Assembly (NCBI GenBank): GCA_036172245.1
Contig: JAYWIR010000003.1
Coordinates: 4,526,001 to 4,590,000 of the forward strand
Reading direction: 5' to 3'
Source of the DNA: Raillietiella orientalis
Taxonomy: Eukaryota
DNA: 64,000 bases
Shown here in pieces: positions 38,690-52,199 of this stretch (position 1 is the first letter of the stretch; each line of letters starts with the position of its first letter). The notes under the pieces are model-generated. The model saw nothing but the letters and a program-made list of their open reading frames with translations, was not told the origin of the DNA and did no database searches. Both the position numbers and the translations under genes were made by a program.

Positions 38690-39500
38690 GGGGACACGAA
38701 TTCGAGTCGCTGAAGCGAAACCTGCCGCCCGCGTATGCGGCAATTCGTAACGAGAATTCATTCACGGCGATGCGAAAGGCGAAACGGTGGAGCACTCGAG
38801 AAAACGGGAGGAATGATCTGCGCAGGATGCGATCCCTCCTCCCTTGCTTTCTGGAGGGCAAGTGGGAAGCCGCAGTGCTTTCCAGGGTTGGCCGCTCCCC
38901 ATGTGGCTGGATCGGTTACCGATTCGCGCGCCTCTCTTGCAGCGCAGTCGCTCGTGCTTCGGAGGTCTTCCGCGGATTGGTGAGGGTGGTCTGCCTGTTC
39001 CCTGTGAGGGTGCTCTCGAGTTCGTTCACCTTTCCCAGAAGTGCGGAATCTTCCAAGATGTGACGCCTTCTCGCAAAGTGGAGGCCGTTTGCTTGCTCCT
39101 CTCCTCACCGTTTCAGAAGCGAACTTCGTTTTCTCCTCCGCTGTGCAACTTTTCCGGAAAAGCCGATAACCCATTAGAAGGTCCTCACCTCCATCAGTGA
39201 GCTCACGTGCCATTTCACCAGGCATCCTCTTTTCCACTGATGGAGCACGCGCCTTCCCTCGGTCCCTCCCTCCTGCCGAATTGCGCCTCTGTGGGGTGAG
39301 GACACTTCAGATGACTCTCTCGCATCGTGCAAAAAAACCTTTGCAAAAAGGAGACCTTGAAGATGCTTCGTCGCCTTTTTCAAGATGCTTGGGTTGCCTT
39401 TCTGCATCCCCGAAGGGCGACCGAGCATCTTCAAGGGTATGTTCCTTGCACCCATGAGGATCCACCTAGTCGCTCCAGCGCAGCCGCGTTCTCGTCTCGC
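38690..39500 (-). mobile_element. Degenerate L1/Tx1-like RT remnant
   Basis: Minus strand order: EARESV..ATW..HCGFP (~KAFDSV.H..LW..L..GFP), SRKQG (~GVRQG), LRIAAYAGG (~AYADD). Confidence 0.35.
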
Positions 39501-41990
39501 GTCCGTTGGGCAGGATGACGTTCTGCGACGAAAGACGCGGAGCTTTCGCGGGGAAGACCACGGGAAACCACGAAGCGCGACCGTTCGGACGGAATCCACG
39601 CCTTCAGAAAGCTATGGCGGAGTAGAGCAGAGTGCTCCCAACAAGCACGGAAGAGGAAAAGCAAGAACTCTCACGCTACAGAGCGTCCCCCCCTCCTTCC
39701 CCCCCTCTCGTTCGGAGAGGAGCACTTGAAACGGCCGACCCTGAACCAACGCGGTCGGTCGGTGTTGGAGGGAGAGGAAAGCAAAACTCTCGAGTCTACG
39801 GATAAGCCTACATCGAGCGAAGAGGACAGAGCCGGGCTGAGCTCAGTGCTTTCCTCGAACCTTTTGGCCTTCCAGGAGGAGCTTCCTCCTCCCATCGGCT
39901 CATAGTAGGCGGTGCGTTTTCCCTGCCGTCAGGCACAGGACGAAACCCAGAAGGAAAAAACGAGAAATTCAGGGGTGGAGTAAGGGATAGGATAGGGATG
40001 GGGCGGACGGAAAACCAGAAACCGCCTAGGGGAACGAATCTGAGACGAAAGAGGGAGCTGTTTGGCTCTTTGGCAAAAGAAGGAACACTCTGGAGTCGTG
40101 GAAACGACCAGCTCGTCTTCCCTCGACGTCCCGAGAAGGAGGGACCCTGCATTGATAGAGGGGCCTCGGAGCAGCCGGCCGCAAGTTCCACCGAAGGAAC
40201 GTCCTCTGCCCAGCAATCCTCTCTGAGTTTCGCGTAGAATTTTAGGGATGACCTCAGATGCTGGGAGCTTCTAAAGTTCTCGAGTCCCACGGAGCCGCCA
40301 ACAGATGCGGCAGTCCCGAACCTGTCCGCTTCCCCCAAGTCGAGGCGGAGGGCGGGGGTTCCGGATGAAAAGTATTCCACGGGCTCCGAGAGAAGGGGAG
40401 GGCAAGTCTCGCGCTCCTGGAGAAGGAAGATGCAGGAAGGAAGGCCCTCCGAAAAGGAGTCGTCTCCGGGAAGGGTTTCCTAGGAGGAGGAGCACGTTGC
40501 TCCAAGAGACAGAGCAGGCACCTCACTCGGCAAAGGGAGGCTGAGGAGCGGCAAGGCGGAGGTTGCGCGTCATCTCGTTTTGCTTTCAATGAACCGGATG
40601 CTCCCGAGTTCGACTAACTTTGCTCCCTCCCCGCCTTCCTTTCCGCTTTCCACGTGTCTCCCGCCGCACGGGTGAGTCCGAGTGAGTAACAAGCAGTCCT
40701 TGACCGGGGGGCAAGTGGATCGAGCTAAAAGACTCCTCGGTGGACAAGTGGACATCTCCTCAACTCCGGAAGAGCGAAGCACGTGTACACCCCTTCTTCG
40801 GCGGATGCAGGCTATTCCCCCTTAACTTTTTTCCGACTTGAAATGCCATTCGCTATTCCACGCCTTTTTCTTTCTTTTCCTTTTCGAGTGCTTTTCATTT
40901 TGCAAAGTTCCTCTCGCCGACGGGAGAAGAAGACGCACCGCGCATGCAATTCCGTCCATGCATTTGGGCCTCTCGAGGAGTTTTGCAGCTTGAAAAAAAG
41001 GTGACACACATTTGTCAAGTACGTGAACTGCACCAGTCAGCTGCAGGGGCAGAGAAATCAAAACCCGCAGCAAGCATCCATGCCACCTCTCGAGCGATTT
41101 GTGACCCACCCTTTTTTTTTTTTTTTTTCTTTTCTTTTTTTTTTTTTTTCTTTTTTTTTTAGAATTCCACGAAAGACGAAGATGCGGATGGAAGGGAATC
41201 CGACCGTACCGCGTGGATTCGCAGGAGCAGTGTGGTGGTTCCGAGACGAATTCGGATTCGGGTTTCGGCCTTGCGAAGCCCGGGCACCGGCGGGTGGTTT
41301 TTAAAGACGACAACCCCACTTCGCTATTTTTGCCCGGCCACAGCGCTCTCGTAGCCCGTGGGTTTGTTGCTCCTCTGATTTCAAACATGGCGCCCCTCGG
41401 AAGCAAGGACTGGGTTTTCGCGAACAGCAAAGACCTCCCTCCATCCGGCCCTTAGCAAGCAAGCAGAGACCGCGGTCTCCCAGGCGTTCCCCGTCCCTTC
41501 ACCATGCTGCGAAGAGGCGTCTCCCCGTTTCAGACGCGTGGCCATCCCTGCGCCCATATTTCCCGCGCAAAAATGTCGGCTCGCAGTGCTTACCATCGCC
41601 AGTCGCATAATTGTTTTTTTTTTTTTTTTTCAAAGATGATTTCCATCGAAGTATGAGTATCCTCTTACATGATTGCAAAAACGATGATGCAGATTTTCGA
41701 GTGCACATTGCAGGTGTGAAAATGTTTCGGAATTCGGATGTTTCGGGCGGTAACTTCTCATGAAAAATGTTTTGCGAAACAAGCGTGAGGATCTTGCAGC
41801 CTGGAAATCTCATGACTTACTCTTCGCATTTTTTGTCAACTTTGGTTTGCTCAAAATGTTACTCAGAGTTGGGTCGATACCTTTTAATCATGAAAACGGA
41901 TTTTTATCGACAACATTATCGACTTGTTTGCTTTAGACAGGCTTATAAGATTCAAAGATAGACATCAAGTTTTGAAAGTTGTTTTTGGGG

Positions 41991-44900
41991 ATGTCTCCTT
42001 CGGAGGTCAAGAAACTGTTCGTAAATAGGTAAACTCCCTCTTTTCATCCCACAACTGTTTTATTTTACCCACTTTTTTTTGTTGTAATTCTAAAATTTCT
42101 GCTTTCTAAATTTTTGTGACTTCAAAACGTACGTGTTTGCAATCCTTCGCAGTGATGGAGTCCATCTTTGCAAGACGAGGACTTTCAACCTCCGATTCGA
42201 CGACATTTCAGTGGTCATAAAGAACAAAACCATTTTGAAAAATGTATATGGATCGGCTCAACCGGGCGAGATGCTCGCAATCATGGGTCCGAGTGGTATG
42301 CCTGCCTATATTTTACAAACCTGAGGGGCGTTTTTCATGCACTGCTGCTTTTAGGGTCTGGTAAAACAACTCTACTAAACATACTCACCGGCCGCAAAAA
42401 AAGTAGTAGTGGAGTCGTCGTTATTAATAACCAGATCTTTTGCAAAGGACACAGGAGGAAGATCGGATATGTGCATCAAAATGATGTCTTGCTGACCAAT
42501 CTAACCACGAGGCAGACGGTCACGGTAAGCATCACATACGTTTGATTTTCGTGGGTTGTTGACCAGGAAACGCACATGAGTGGTGACAGTGGTGGCGAAC
42601 TGAACAACTGGTTGCGTTTTTCCAACTCTGTGCTTGGGTTTCTCCGTGCTTTGGTAGAGAGAAGCTTCATTGGCTCATCTATAAGAAACTGTTCGGATTA
42701 CGGCACGGTCACTAAGCAGTCCTGCACACCGAGAAATGGCATACTGGCTGGAACACTACTCTTCTGCGCTTGGAATTCTGAAGCCCCCCGAATGATTTCT
42801 TCCTCCTGCGAGGCTTGAAGACCTTTATCTCTTTGGCTCTGGTTTCTCAATTCACTCGTTTGCATCGTCTTTCACGGGGATTTCACTTCTGTGGTCTCGA
42901 CCGAATCTCAGCTCGAGGTCATTTTCTTTCCCGCGATGAATCTCTATCCTTTGACACTTTTGATTCAAAATAAACTCCATCAATCAATTGAGGTTACGCG
43001 ACTTTCCGCGTTCGGATCTGCTGGACCTATGTAATTCCGCTCGCGCTTTTACCCGGTCGTTGTCCGTGTTTAGATCGTGATTGGTGATTTAGACACGGGT
43101 GTTTGTAGCAAACTTTCGATTCATTATTGATGATCTCCTTTCTACTTTCAAGGCGATGCCTCTTTAGTGTTCTAAGAATAGCATTTTACTCGAAGGAAGT
43201 TCAACAACCGCGACTCTTACGAGCTTTTTCCACACCATCGAAGTGGACTTCGCGCGCCACTGCATGCAAACCTTGCTTGCACTCAGAACTCTTTCGTTTT
43301 TTTTCTCATCACCCGGCCTCTAATTGAGGTGTTCTTCCTCCTTCCAACAAGATGGAGGATGGCTTTCTCGCTTTTTTGCTCCGTTGCACGCGAAACGAGT
43401 CACCATAAGAACGGTAGGGCACGCGAAGACTGGTCGAACTGGCGTTTCCGATGCAGCGTTCTTGGTACCTATGGGTTGCCAGCCCCTCTCGTACCTCCGT
43501 GTTGCCCCCTTGATGGGCGGCGACGAGATGGGTTGCAGCTCCCATTCTGACACCATCTTTCAGTATTCCGCAATGCTGAGACTGCCGGAATTCTTGAGCA
43601 TGGAACAGAAAGCAGAGGCAGTGAACTATGTCATCAACCTCCTCGATTTGGAGAAATGCCAGAACACGAGTGAGTAACCAGGCCCGGAGACTATCGAAAG
43701 TGGCCGGCCCGCAAGTCTCCCGTTCCGAGGGCCTCCTCCCCCTCTCATCCAGTGTTCGTGTTGCGCTCATACTTGCCTTTCCTTCTTTTTTTTCGGTACA
43801 GAAGTTGGCGTGGCAGGTCATGGAGGACTCTCCGGAGGGGAAAGGAAAAGAACCAGCATCGCCTGTGAACTCCTAACCAACCCATTACTCATGTGCCTGG
43901 ACGTAAGCCCACTTTTCCTGACCAAGACCTCTAAAAAAAAAAAAAAAAAAAAAAACTCTCTATCTCCCCTCCAACCAGGAACCGCTCTCAGGGCTGGACA
44001 GCCGCTCAGCCTCCAACCTGGCTTCTGTTCTGAAGAGCTATGCCACATTAAACATGACGGCCCTCTTAATGACAGTGCACCAGCCTTCTGCACAGATCTT
44101 TCAGCTCTTCGACAAGGTGTTGCTGCTGGCAAAGAGTGGAGAGGTAAATAAAAAAAAAAAAAAAAGGAAAAAAAAAAAAAAAAAAGAGCGACAGCAGACC
44201 TCGTAGTCTGGACAGCCACACAAAAAACTCTCACCTTGGTGACGGGCGCATGATGTGAGCTCGTGAAGGAACCGGAGCGAGGGGGGAGAGGTGTTGGCCA
44301 CCAACGCTCGCATTGCCGAGGCTTCGGAGGAACAGCCGTTCCTCCTCGGGCACAGCGATAAAATCGAAATACCCAGAACGCGCCGCTCCGGCGACGCCAG
44401 TCTGGCTGCTGCCAGATTTCTGGGCGAGGCGCACATCGTAGTTTCTGGGCCATCCCCTATCTCCTCGAATGGCCCTAACGCGAACTACGGCCACCGTGGC
44501 AGGACTCTGCTGTCACGCCAATCGAGATACTTCGTTGGCTGCTTGCTGAGAGGGCCATGGAAACCTCCGGATCGTTCGGGCACGCCCCTCGCAACCCGAG
44601 AAGCGTCCGAACCAGTGCCGTGGATGGAATCGAGTCAAGAAGGGTTTTTCGTAACGTGGCTGGAGGGGACGGAGAGTGGTGTGGCTCGTCGCGTGGGCAT
44701 GGACCGCTCGGAACGGCGTGATGCCCGCGCTTCGGAGCCGAGGAAGCTGCGATCGCCCCACGTAAAAATGAAACGTCAACATCATTGCGTGCCTCCCTGG
44801 GAAGGGTTGCGGATTCTCCCCGTATTGGAAGGGCGAAGGGGAGTCGCACCAAGGAAGCGCGCTGCCTTTCTGCTAACGGTTCGCCTGGGAGCAGCTGCGT

Positions 44901-47473
44901 GGTCCGCAACTGCCCCGAAGGGACAAGCCAACGGGGACCAGGAATGTATTACATTGTTTGGACACCCGAAGCCGAGCAAGGAGATCTCGGCATGCCGAAA
45001 GCGAAAGTCATCCGCGTTTTCCTGATCCGAGGAAAGTAAAGGTGGATCTCGCACGTCAGCTGGAGGAGAAGACCGGCGAGCAGGCTAAAGACACGGGTTT
45101 GAAGACCTTGAAGGTCTCTGAAAATCCGGACGGCGCAGACGACTGAACCGGAAGGGGAGAGGAGTTCTCGCTGGGACGTTGGGGGAGGGAGCGCGCCGAC
45201 CTCTCTTTCCTGTGGGAACGCGCTCTTCGTATCGTGCGGGGGGCGCCCGGGGTCGGCAGACGTTCTGAGAGTCAGAAACACCTTGCGGGACCTTCGCACG
45301 CGAAAACGCACGCGGCGTTGGGAAGGAGCCGGCGTTCGTCTACCTGATCTCTGTCTCGAGAGTGCCGTGGCTCGTACCGAGGCCGGGAAGAGTGCAGCAG
45401 CTCGGTTCCCACCGTGGACCGGTGCCTGCCACGGGCTGCTCCCTCGTGCTGCACCTCTTCTTCCGTTCCAGGTGGCATTCTTCGGCCCCACCATGAAGGC
45501 TGTGCAGCTTCTGTGCTCCTCCAGCCATCTCCAAGGCGTCTTCTGTAACCCTGCCGACGTCATCTGTACGTAAAGTTGCGAGTCAAGCGAACCCCCACCC
45601 GCTCGCTGCCTCTCCCGATCATTCCAGTGGAGAGGCTCCACGGATCCATGGAGGAACTCAAAGAGGTGGCTTCCTGGTCCAGGAAGGAATGGGAGCGGGA
45701 GAAGCTCATTTGGTGGCTCAGAGATGGCGACCTTTCTTCTCTGCAAGGCCCGAAGGCTGGCGGCCAGGGAGAGAGGCGGGACCGCAGCAGAGGGCGGCTG
45801 CCGCTCCTCCCCCTGCTTTCCAACCCGCTCCCCCCCCTACCATCCGTGCCCTACTCCTCTCCCGTTCGCCTCCTGTCGCGGGTCCCCTCCTCCTTTTTGC
45901 GGACGTCATCTCCCCTCTCGAAGGTCGGCGCAGGAATGTGCAACGGCAAAGGCGGCGGCAGCGGCTGCGACGAATGCGCTCCCAGTTCGGGAGAGAAGGA
46001 CTCCACGGGGAAGTGCCCCTCCGCGACCCCCGTCGAAATTCTGTTCGCGTTACCGAAGTGGGGAAACCACCGCACGAGACGCCATCCGAATCCCCGCTTC
46101 GTAAGCGCTGATGACGTTGGAGGCGAAGACATCGACAGGTCTCTCCCCCGGCATTATCTGCATAGGCCGTCCCAGCCACAACAGCGCCAGGAGAATGAGG
46201 ACGAGGAGTGGAGCACCTGTGGCGGGAGGAAGTGGAACACGGGCTTCTGGACTCAGTTCAAGGTGCGCTCCCATCCACTCCTTTGCTGACATCCTCCCCA
46301 TCCCCAATACTCGTCACTCCCGTCGCACCACGATGGCGCCTCTTCCCCTTTCCTTCTCTCCCCTTCTCTCCTCTTCTCTCCCATTCTCCCGTGTCTGCAG
46401 AACAACGACTTCCTTCCCAGGTGCTGACGTCCCGCAACTTTCGCGAGTCTTTCCCGAAGTTTCTGTCCCGCCTTAACTGGATCCAGACGATCCTCCTAGC
46501 ATTCTTCGCAGGGGCACTGTGGTTCCAACTAGAGAGGAAGGAGGAGAGACTGATGGACCTACAGGGATGGATCTTTTTCTCCACCAACTACTGGATGCTG
46601 TTCTGTCTCTTCTCCGTGCTGCCTGTCTGTAAGGAAGGCGGGGGACGGGAAGCGCGAGGCAAGGTGCGAGGGCGCGCGATTTCTGGCTTGCAGTTCCCTT
46701 GGAGAGGGATGTTGTGGAGAATGAGCGCTCCTCCGGAGCGTACCGACTGACCGCCTACTACCTGGCCAAGATGGTTGGAGAGCTGCCTCTGACCGTCGCG
46801 CTCCCCTTTGTGTACCACTTCATCTCCTACCTGATGATAGGCTTCCGGCAAGTCTCGGACTTCTTTTCCACGCTAGGGGCGCTGCTGCTCAACGCGCTCG
46901 TGGCCCAGGTAATGACGTGAGCGTGTGCTCCTTCTGACGAGGAAGAAAGAGAGAGCGATCTTTGACCACACCTATTTCTCCTCATCCCATTTCCTCAGAG
47001 CGTGGGACTGCTCATCGGGGCCAGCTGCATGGACATCCAGGTCGCCACTACCATCAGCGCCCTCTACACCCTGGCGACCCAGCTGCTGGCGGGCCACCTG
47101 GTGGGGGAAATCCCTTATTGGCTGAGTTGGACGCGCTACCTGTCTGTCGTCCACTACGCCTACCAGAACATGCAGGCCATCGAGTTCTGGCAGGGAATCA
47201 GGTAGAGGTAGAGGGTCGCTCCCGGACCTTTTGCCGACAAGGGGGAGTGCCGGGCGTTTCTTCAGGTGCGCCGAGGGCCCGTCCAGGTTTCGCTTTTGCG
47301 TCAGCAGCAACGCCACCAACGGCACCTACAGCATCGTCCCCTACGAAGACATGGCCGACACGCTCGGACTTTACTTGCCTGTATGGGCCAACTATTTGAT
47401 CCTGGTCGCATTCCTGCTGGTCTTCCGCTTCATGGGCTACTTCGTCCTCCGTTCCAATAGGATGCCGTCCTGA
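41991..47473 (+). CDS. ABC transporter subfamily G half-transporter (NBD-TMD), 12 exons, ~761 aa; resembles the arthropod CG11069 / 'ABCG14/22-like' group (from memory)
   Basis: Exons 41991-42028, 42153-42295, 42355-42524, 43564-43669, 43802-43902, 43979-44143, 45472-45565, 45628-46262, 46421-46628, 46694-46908, 46999-47201, 47266-47473; phases consistent, 2286 nt. Walker A GPSGSGKTT, signature LSGGERKR, Walker B MCLDEP, H-loop [33 protein letters not shown], six-TM ABC2 membrane domain. Exon 1 and the internal structure of exon 8 are less certain. Confidence 0.92.
44300..45150 (+). mobile_element. Possible R1-like LINE remnant inside ABCG intron 6
   Basis: SFWAIPY (~PWG.PY), [26 protein letters not shown] (~GCPQGS..GP.LWNI), AKVI.AF.D (~AFADD). 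Weak and frameshifted. Confidence 0.25.
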
Positions 47474-50400
47474 TGCCTAGGCCATGTCTCATGCGAATGA
47501 CCCTGGGCAGCTCCAGTCTTTACGACAGGAATGGGAAATACGAAAAAACAAAAGCGGGACGGAGGAGTCTTGATGGGAGATGGGAAATGGGGGAGGATAT
47601 GGCTCTGCGAGGGATGGTGGAAACAGAGAGTCTTTCTACGCGACCGGTGTAAAAAGGGTGGGAGCGAAGAAAGAAGCAAGCCCTAAGATCTCCCGCTTCT
47701 TCCGTGGGACTGTCAGCTCTCCTCTTTCCAGTCCTCAAGGAGCGTTTCCCACCGCAGAAGGTTTAAGGGTGTGGCTTGCTGTTTCCCTCTTTGCATCTGT
47801 CCTCTTTGCGAGGTTCGAATCCTTCCAGAAGACAGGGACGGATCAATTCCATCATTCTGGGAGGATCACCTCCTGGGATGATGGATCGCAATGAAGATGC
47901 CTCCCTCGTCTCTCACTCCTTCCCCGGAAGGGGAAGAAAAAGGAACAGATCCCGAAAAGCGCTGTCCTATTGTCGCTAATGCTGGTGTGCGAGGCGACCA
48001 GCATAGCCCCGAGGCAGACTGCTTGCCCCCTCTCCTGGAACCTCAGGTGACAGAGTTCTTCACAGGTTCCTGGGGCTCCGCGTTTCACCCCCGCTGCTAA
48101 GCAACGAGCGGCGAGTCCTTCGACTAGGGGAAGCCATACCCTCAAGCCACAAGGCAAGCTTCCTCCTTCCCCTGATCTTCTTTTTCTCTCTCCTCCCTTT
48201 CAGCTCCAGACATCATCTTCTTCCCTTCTTGCCACACCCGATGCCTCCCGGCTGCGCTCCCTGGCTCCTGCTCGTCACCCCTGCTCCCCTGTCTCTCAGA
48301 CCTTCCTCGTCGTCGTCGTTCTGCGAGAACCGCGGCGCCATGGATCGACGGGGCGGCAACAATCCTCCTCGTTCACCTTCCACCTTCCTTCCTGCTCCGC
48401 CGCCCCAAATTCAAGGACCGCGCAGAGGCAGCTGCACCTTTCTGGCGTGCGTCTTCTCTCCTGACTGCGGACCCGCCGTCGCTCCCGATCCCCATCTGCA
48501 ATGGGGTGAGCGCCCAAGTGGAGCAGCGGCAGCGCCCCCCGAAAGTCCCGCGGTCCTCCCTCGGAAAGACCCTCAGAGAGCATCCCCATAGTCGAGGGCA
48601 CTGCAGCCACAAGCAACAGCAGGACTCGAAGAGAATGTGACCGCAGTTCTCGGAACCACATCAGGATCCCACCGTCCCCACCCCTTCTCCTTTCCAGTTT
48701 TGAGCATGGGAAGCTTCCAAATGGGAAAAGGACGGGACTGTTGCTAGTTGAAAACTTTACCCACCGCCCCGCAACGCACATCCTCATCCCTAGTACATCG
48801 ATTGGGGGGGGGGGGCACGCGACTCCCAGATGCCGTCTTTTTGGTCGTTTGTCCGCCCCACGATGTTATAGAGCTGCACCTCAGCTGAAGAAACCGTGCC
48901 ATTTGGCGTGGACTCTGTGAAGACCTTCCTCAGCCACCAGGGTCCTGGTTTCAATCCTCTCCCTTCTTGACCGCTGCCTACCGATGCCCCATGTTGTTGG
49001 CGCCTTGTTCATCGCTTTCGCAACTTTTCAATTTTGCATTCCTGCGGGGAGAAGGAGGGGGAGGAGCTCTCCTCACACTCAGACACAGTCACCCACCTCC
49101 ACCTTGCGTCCGACCTCGGCTTCCTCTCCTCTCCGGGGAGGGGCCGCTCTCGGGAGATAATGGCGCGGAACCGCGCTTGTAGGATTCGGCTGCGAGTCCA
49201 GACCGTCCTCTCTCCCTGTCGCTCCAGCGGCCCCACTCGTGGCACAAGGCGCAGCAAGTGGGCGGGTGTAGCGACCGACTGCTCCCCTGCCACTGTGGTC
49301 GCACTCCGCGGGTGCGCCACTCCAGGTCTGGAGGGGCATCGCAACCGAGTTCCCGTGATGAGGAAACCCCGGCTCGCGGCTTCTCCCGCAATGTGGGTTC
49401 CGCAGGTGGGTCACGCGCTTTCTTCCTCCTCCTCCCCACTGAAGCTCCCGACCATGCGCCGTCGCCAAGTCTTCGTCATCTTTTCCCATACTGGCAACTA
49501 TCACGCGCAGGTCATCTGCGCATCACCCACCTTGGCATCAGGCACCCCGAAGGGGACCGTTGCAGCCAGAATAACGGAAGCGACCAGGATCCCACCCTTA
49601 TCCCTCCTGGGTTAGGAGTCCCGAAAACCTCTGCTGCAGTCTTTCTTCCCGTCCTCCTTAGGAAGTTCACCGCTCCTTCAGACAGCATTCGTACTAGCGC
49701 TGAAGACGCAGTCTCCCTCAGCAACGGCCTGCGATTTTCCTCGCCACCAAGGAGAGCTGTGAACTGTGAGGCGGCACGGGAGTCGTCCCGCCTCAGAGCT
49801 GCATTCCGAGCCAGTGGCGCCATGGAGAGGATGGAGGGTGGGTTGAGGTCGGTTGCTTGGCTCCAGGAAGCGAGAGATGGGGAGCAAGGATGCCAGAGGA
49901 AGGTGTTTTGCCCAGAGGATGTGGGACTGGAGGATGCCACCGTGGCAGCGGCATCCCCGGAGGCGCAGGCTGCGCAGCGAATGGAACGGCCGTCCTTCCC
50001 CAATGATGGCTCAGAGGCGGCGCCGTGATGAGAGAGGAGGAGGTGAACAACTACCTCCAGTTTGAAAGAACGCTGTTCTGCAGTTTCTGTCGACATCTTT
50101 CGTGCTTCCTCTCTGCTTCCTGCCTCGCCTGCAGGTGGGAGACGTTCGTAGGACATCGTTGTCTCTGCCGCTACTGCTACCACCGTTCAGGACAGGGGGT
50201 CTTAGAAAAGAGGGAAATTTCCCCTTTCTGCCGTCTCCCCGTCCAGAGACGTACCTAGCAAGCCGCGCGGAGTGCTTCCTGTGCCGCGCTCGGGAGGTTG
50301 CTGCTACTGCTTCTGGTCCTTCCATCTTCCTGTCCTCCCGGTGGAAAGCGAACGCAACGGCAGCCACCCTCTCCACTTCCAACTCTGTGAGTGCCATGCA

Positions 50401-51742
50401 CTCTATCAGCGTCTCTCCCTCTATTTGCTTTCAAGGAAATATCCTTTAAGAGAGGTCTCAGATCGTTTCTCTCGTCCTTTTCCCCCCCTTCCATGCTCGG
50501 AGCAGCTACCAGATGGGTGCTCCTTTCCCCGAAAGTAGGAAGGGGTGTCGGGAGTAGGGGTAGATTTCCTGTGGCACTTACAAACGATTTTCCCAAGCCA
50601 CGTTTCACCTCCTGAACCGATCGACCTCCCGGTGACCCCACGCAGTCGATATTTCTGTCTATTCGTTTGTGAACGCGCGTTTCTCCAGCCTCCCTACGAC
50701 GAGATGCAGAATTCCCCAGTGGTGTACCTCTCCTGGCAGCGTGCCAATCAGAATCGGCTCCCGAAACGCAAACAAATATAAGAGAGGAAAAAACAAGAGC
50801 CAAAAAAAAAAACCGTTGAAACGGAAGTTGAAAAAAAAAAAAAAAAAGCAACAGTCGCGCCCTCGTACATCGTACATCGGTCTGGTTTCTGAAAGGGTAG
50901 GGAGGGTTGCCGAGCAGCAAGAGATCTTCGATCCCATAAATCAAGCGAGGCCTCCCTGGAGAACTGATGGAGAACGCGGCCGCGGAGGTGCCTCGAGTGG
51001 CCAAGATGCGTAGAATTCACATGGAAGGGAGGGGAGGGGAAGTGTGGAACTGCGTCTCCATCCAGATTTACGCGCGTTCCCGCTGACGCCTCCGGTGGAC
51101 TTGATTGAGAATCCTCTGAACCGCGAACTCGAGCCAAGCCACCGGGGCCCCTGCATATTTCGAGCTTAGGATGCAAGCAAGCCCAGGAGGGGGTTCACCT
51201 GGACACACGCGCGCAGTTTTTTTTTTTTCTTTTTCCCCTCTCCTCCCACCCTCCACTTTCTCCCCAAATCAAAATAGGCGTGGAGAAGGAAAAAAAAACA
51301 CTCACACCCACACACACAAGGAGTAAATAAGTGAATAAATCGCGGACACCTTCCCCTTCGTGTGCTGACGTTCCTTCCGCGCTGAGCGCGCGCTGCTTTC
51401 GACACGGGTTGCACGGGGTCGACACGCCTCCGAAGACTGGAAGAATGCTCGCCACTTGGAGCACGCATTTGTTATCCTGCCCGGGGAGATGGCGGCGCTA
51501 CGAAGAACTCCAAAACCTCGGAGGGGGTAGGGGAGAGAATCGTAAAAAAAAAAAAAAAAACAACAACCGGACACACACACACACAAAAACAGTTCCCGGT
51601 CTTAGGGTCAGCGGACTGGGCATTTTTTCTCTGGAAACAGAGAAACGGAGGCCTTCCCTCGCACCTCAACCCTAACACCGCACTTGGCACACGGAGGACC
51701 CACTGCTCCTCACGTGGCAGCGTTGCCCAGTTTTCCTGCGAG

Positions 51743-51830
51743 CTCGCATTGTTGCTCGGTTTTTCCCCCCACTCGCATTGTTGCTCGGTTTTCCCCCCTA
51801 CTCGCATTGTTGCGTATGAATCTTCCCCCG
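51743..51830 (+). repeat. 29-bp minisatellite, about 3 copies
   Basis: CTCGCATTGTTGCTCGGTTTT(T)CCCCCC(T)A at 51743 and 51772, a diverged third unit at 51801, and a degenerate unit upstream. Confidence 0.9.
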
Positions 51831-52161
51831 CGTTGCGCTGCTGTTCGCGCGGGCTCTTCTCTCCGTGCGCTTCGGGCCGAAAGTTCGCTTCTTCGACCGA
51901 GCGGCGATGCGCCCCTATCGGGAGGCAGGGAGCGCCTCTTCCTTGACGGGGAATGAGGGAGATGGCCGACGGGAACACCGTGGGATGCGAAGTACCAACG
52001 CACCTTCTGCCGCCGCGCACTCGTCCTCTTCCTCCGAAGGGATGAGCGAGCGCCGAGCACGCGGGGGTTCCCCTGTCGGGGCTCTTCCGCCCTCCCCCTT
52101 TTCTCTGGAGGTCATTTGGGGTGCCGTTCCGTCGGAGAAAGTCCTTCCCCGCTTGGGGGAA

Positions 52162-52199
52162 AAAGTCTCCCCCCACACTGTCGTGTGGGGGGAGACTTT
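52162..52199. repeat. Perfect 17-bp inverted repeat with 4-nt loop
   Basis: AAAGTCTCCCCCCACAC-TGTC-GTGTGGGGGGAGACTTT. Confidence 0.95.

Noticed and set aside
38572..38715. C/D-box snoRNA candidate (GTGATGA...CTGA)
   Set aside because: Long spacing, weak terminal stem, and the D box falls in an RT remnant.
47750..47835. tRNA/SINE-like B box GGTTCGAATCC downstream of ABCG
   Set aside because: No acceptor or anticodon stems and a weak A box. At most a decayed SINE trace.
51743..51830. CRISPR-like repeat array
   Set aside because: Units are contiguous with no unique spacers, there are no cas genes, and the context is eukaryotic. It is a minisatellite.
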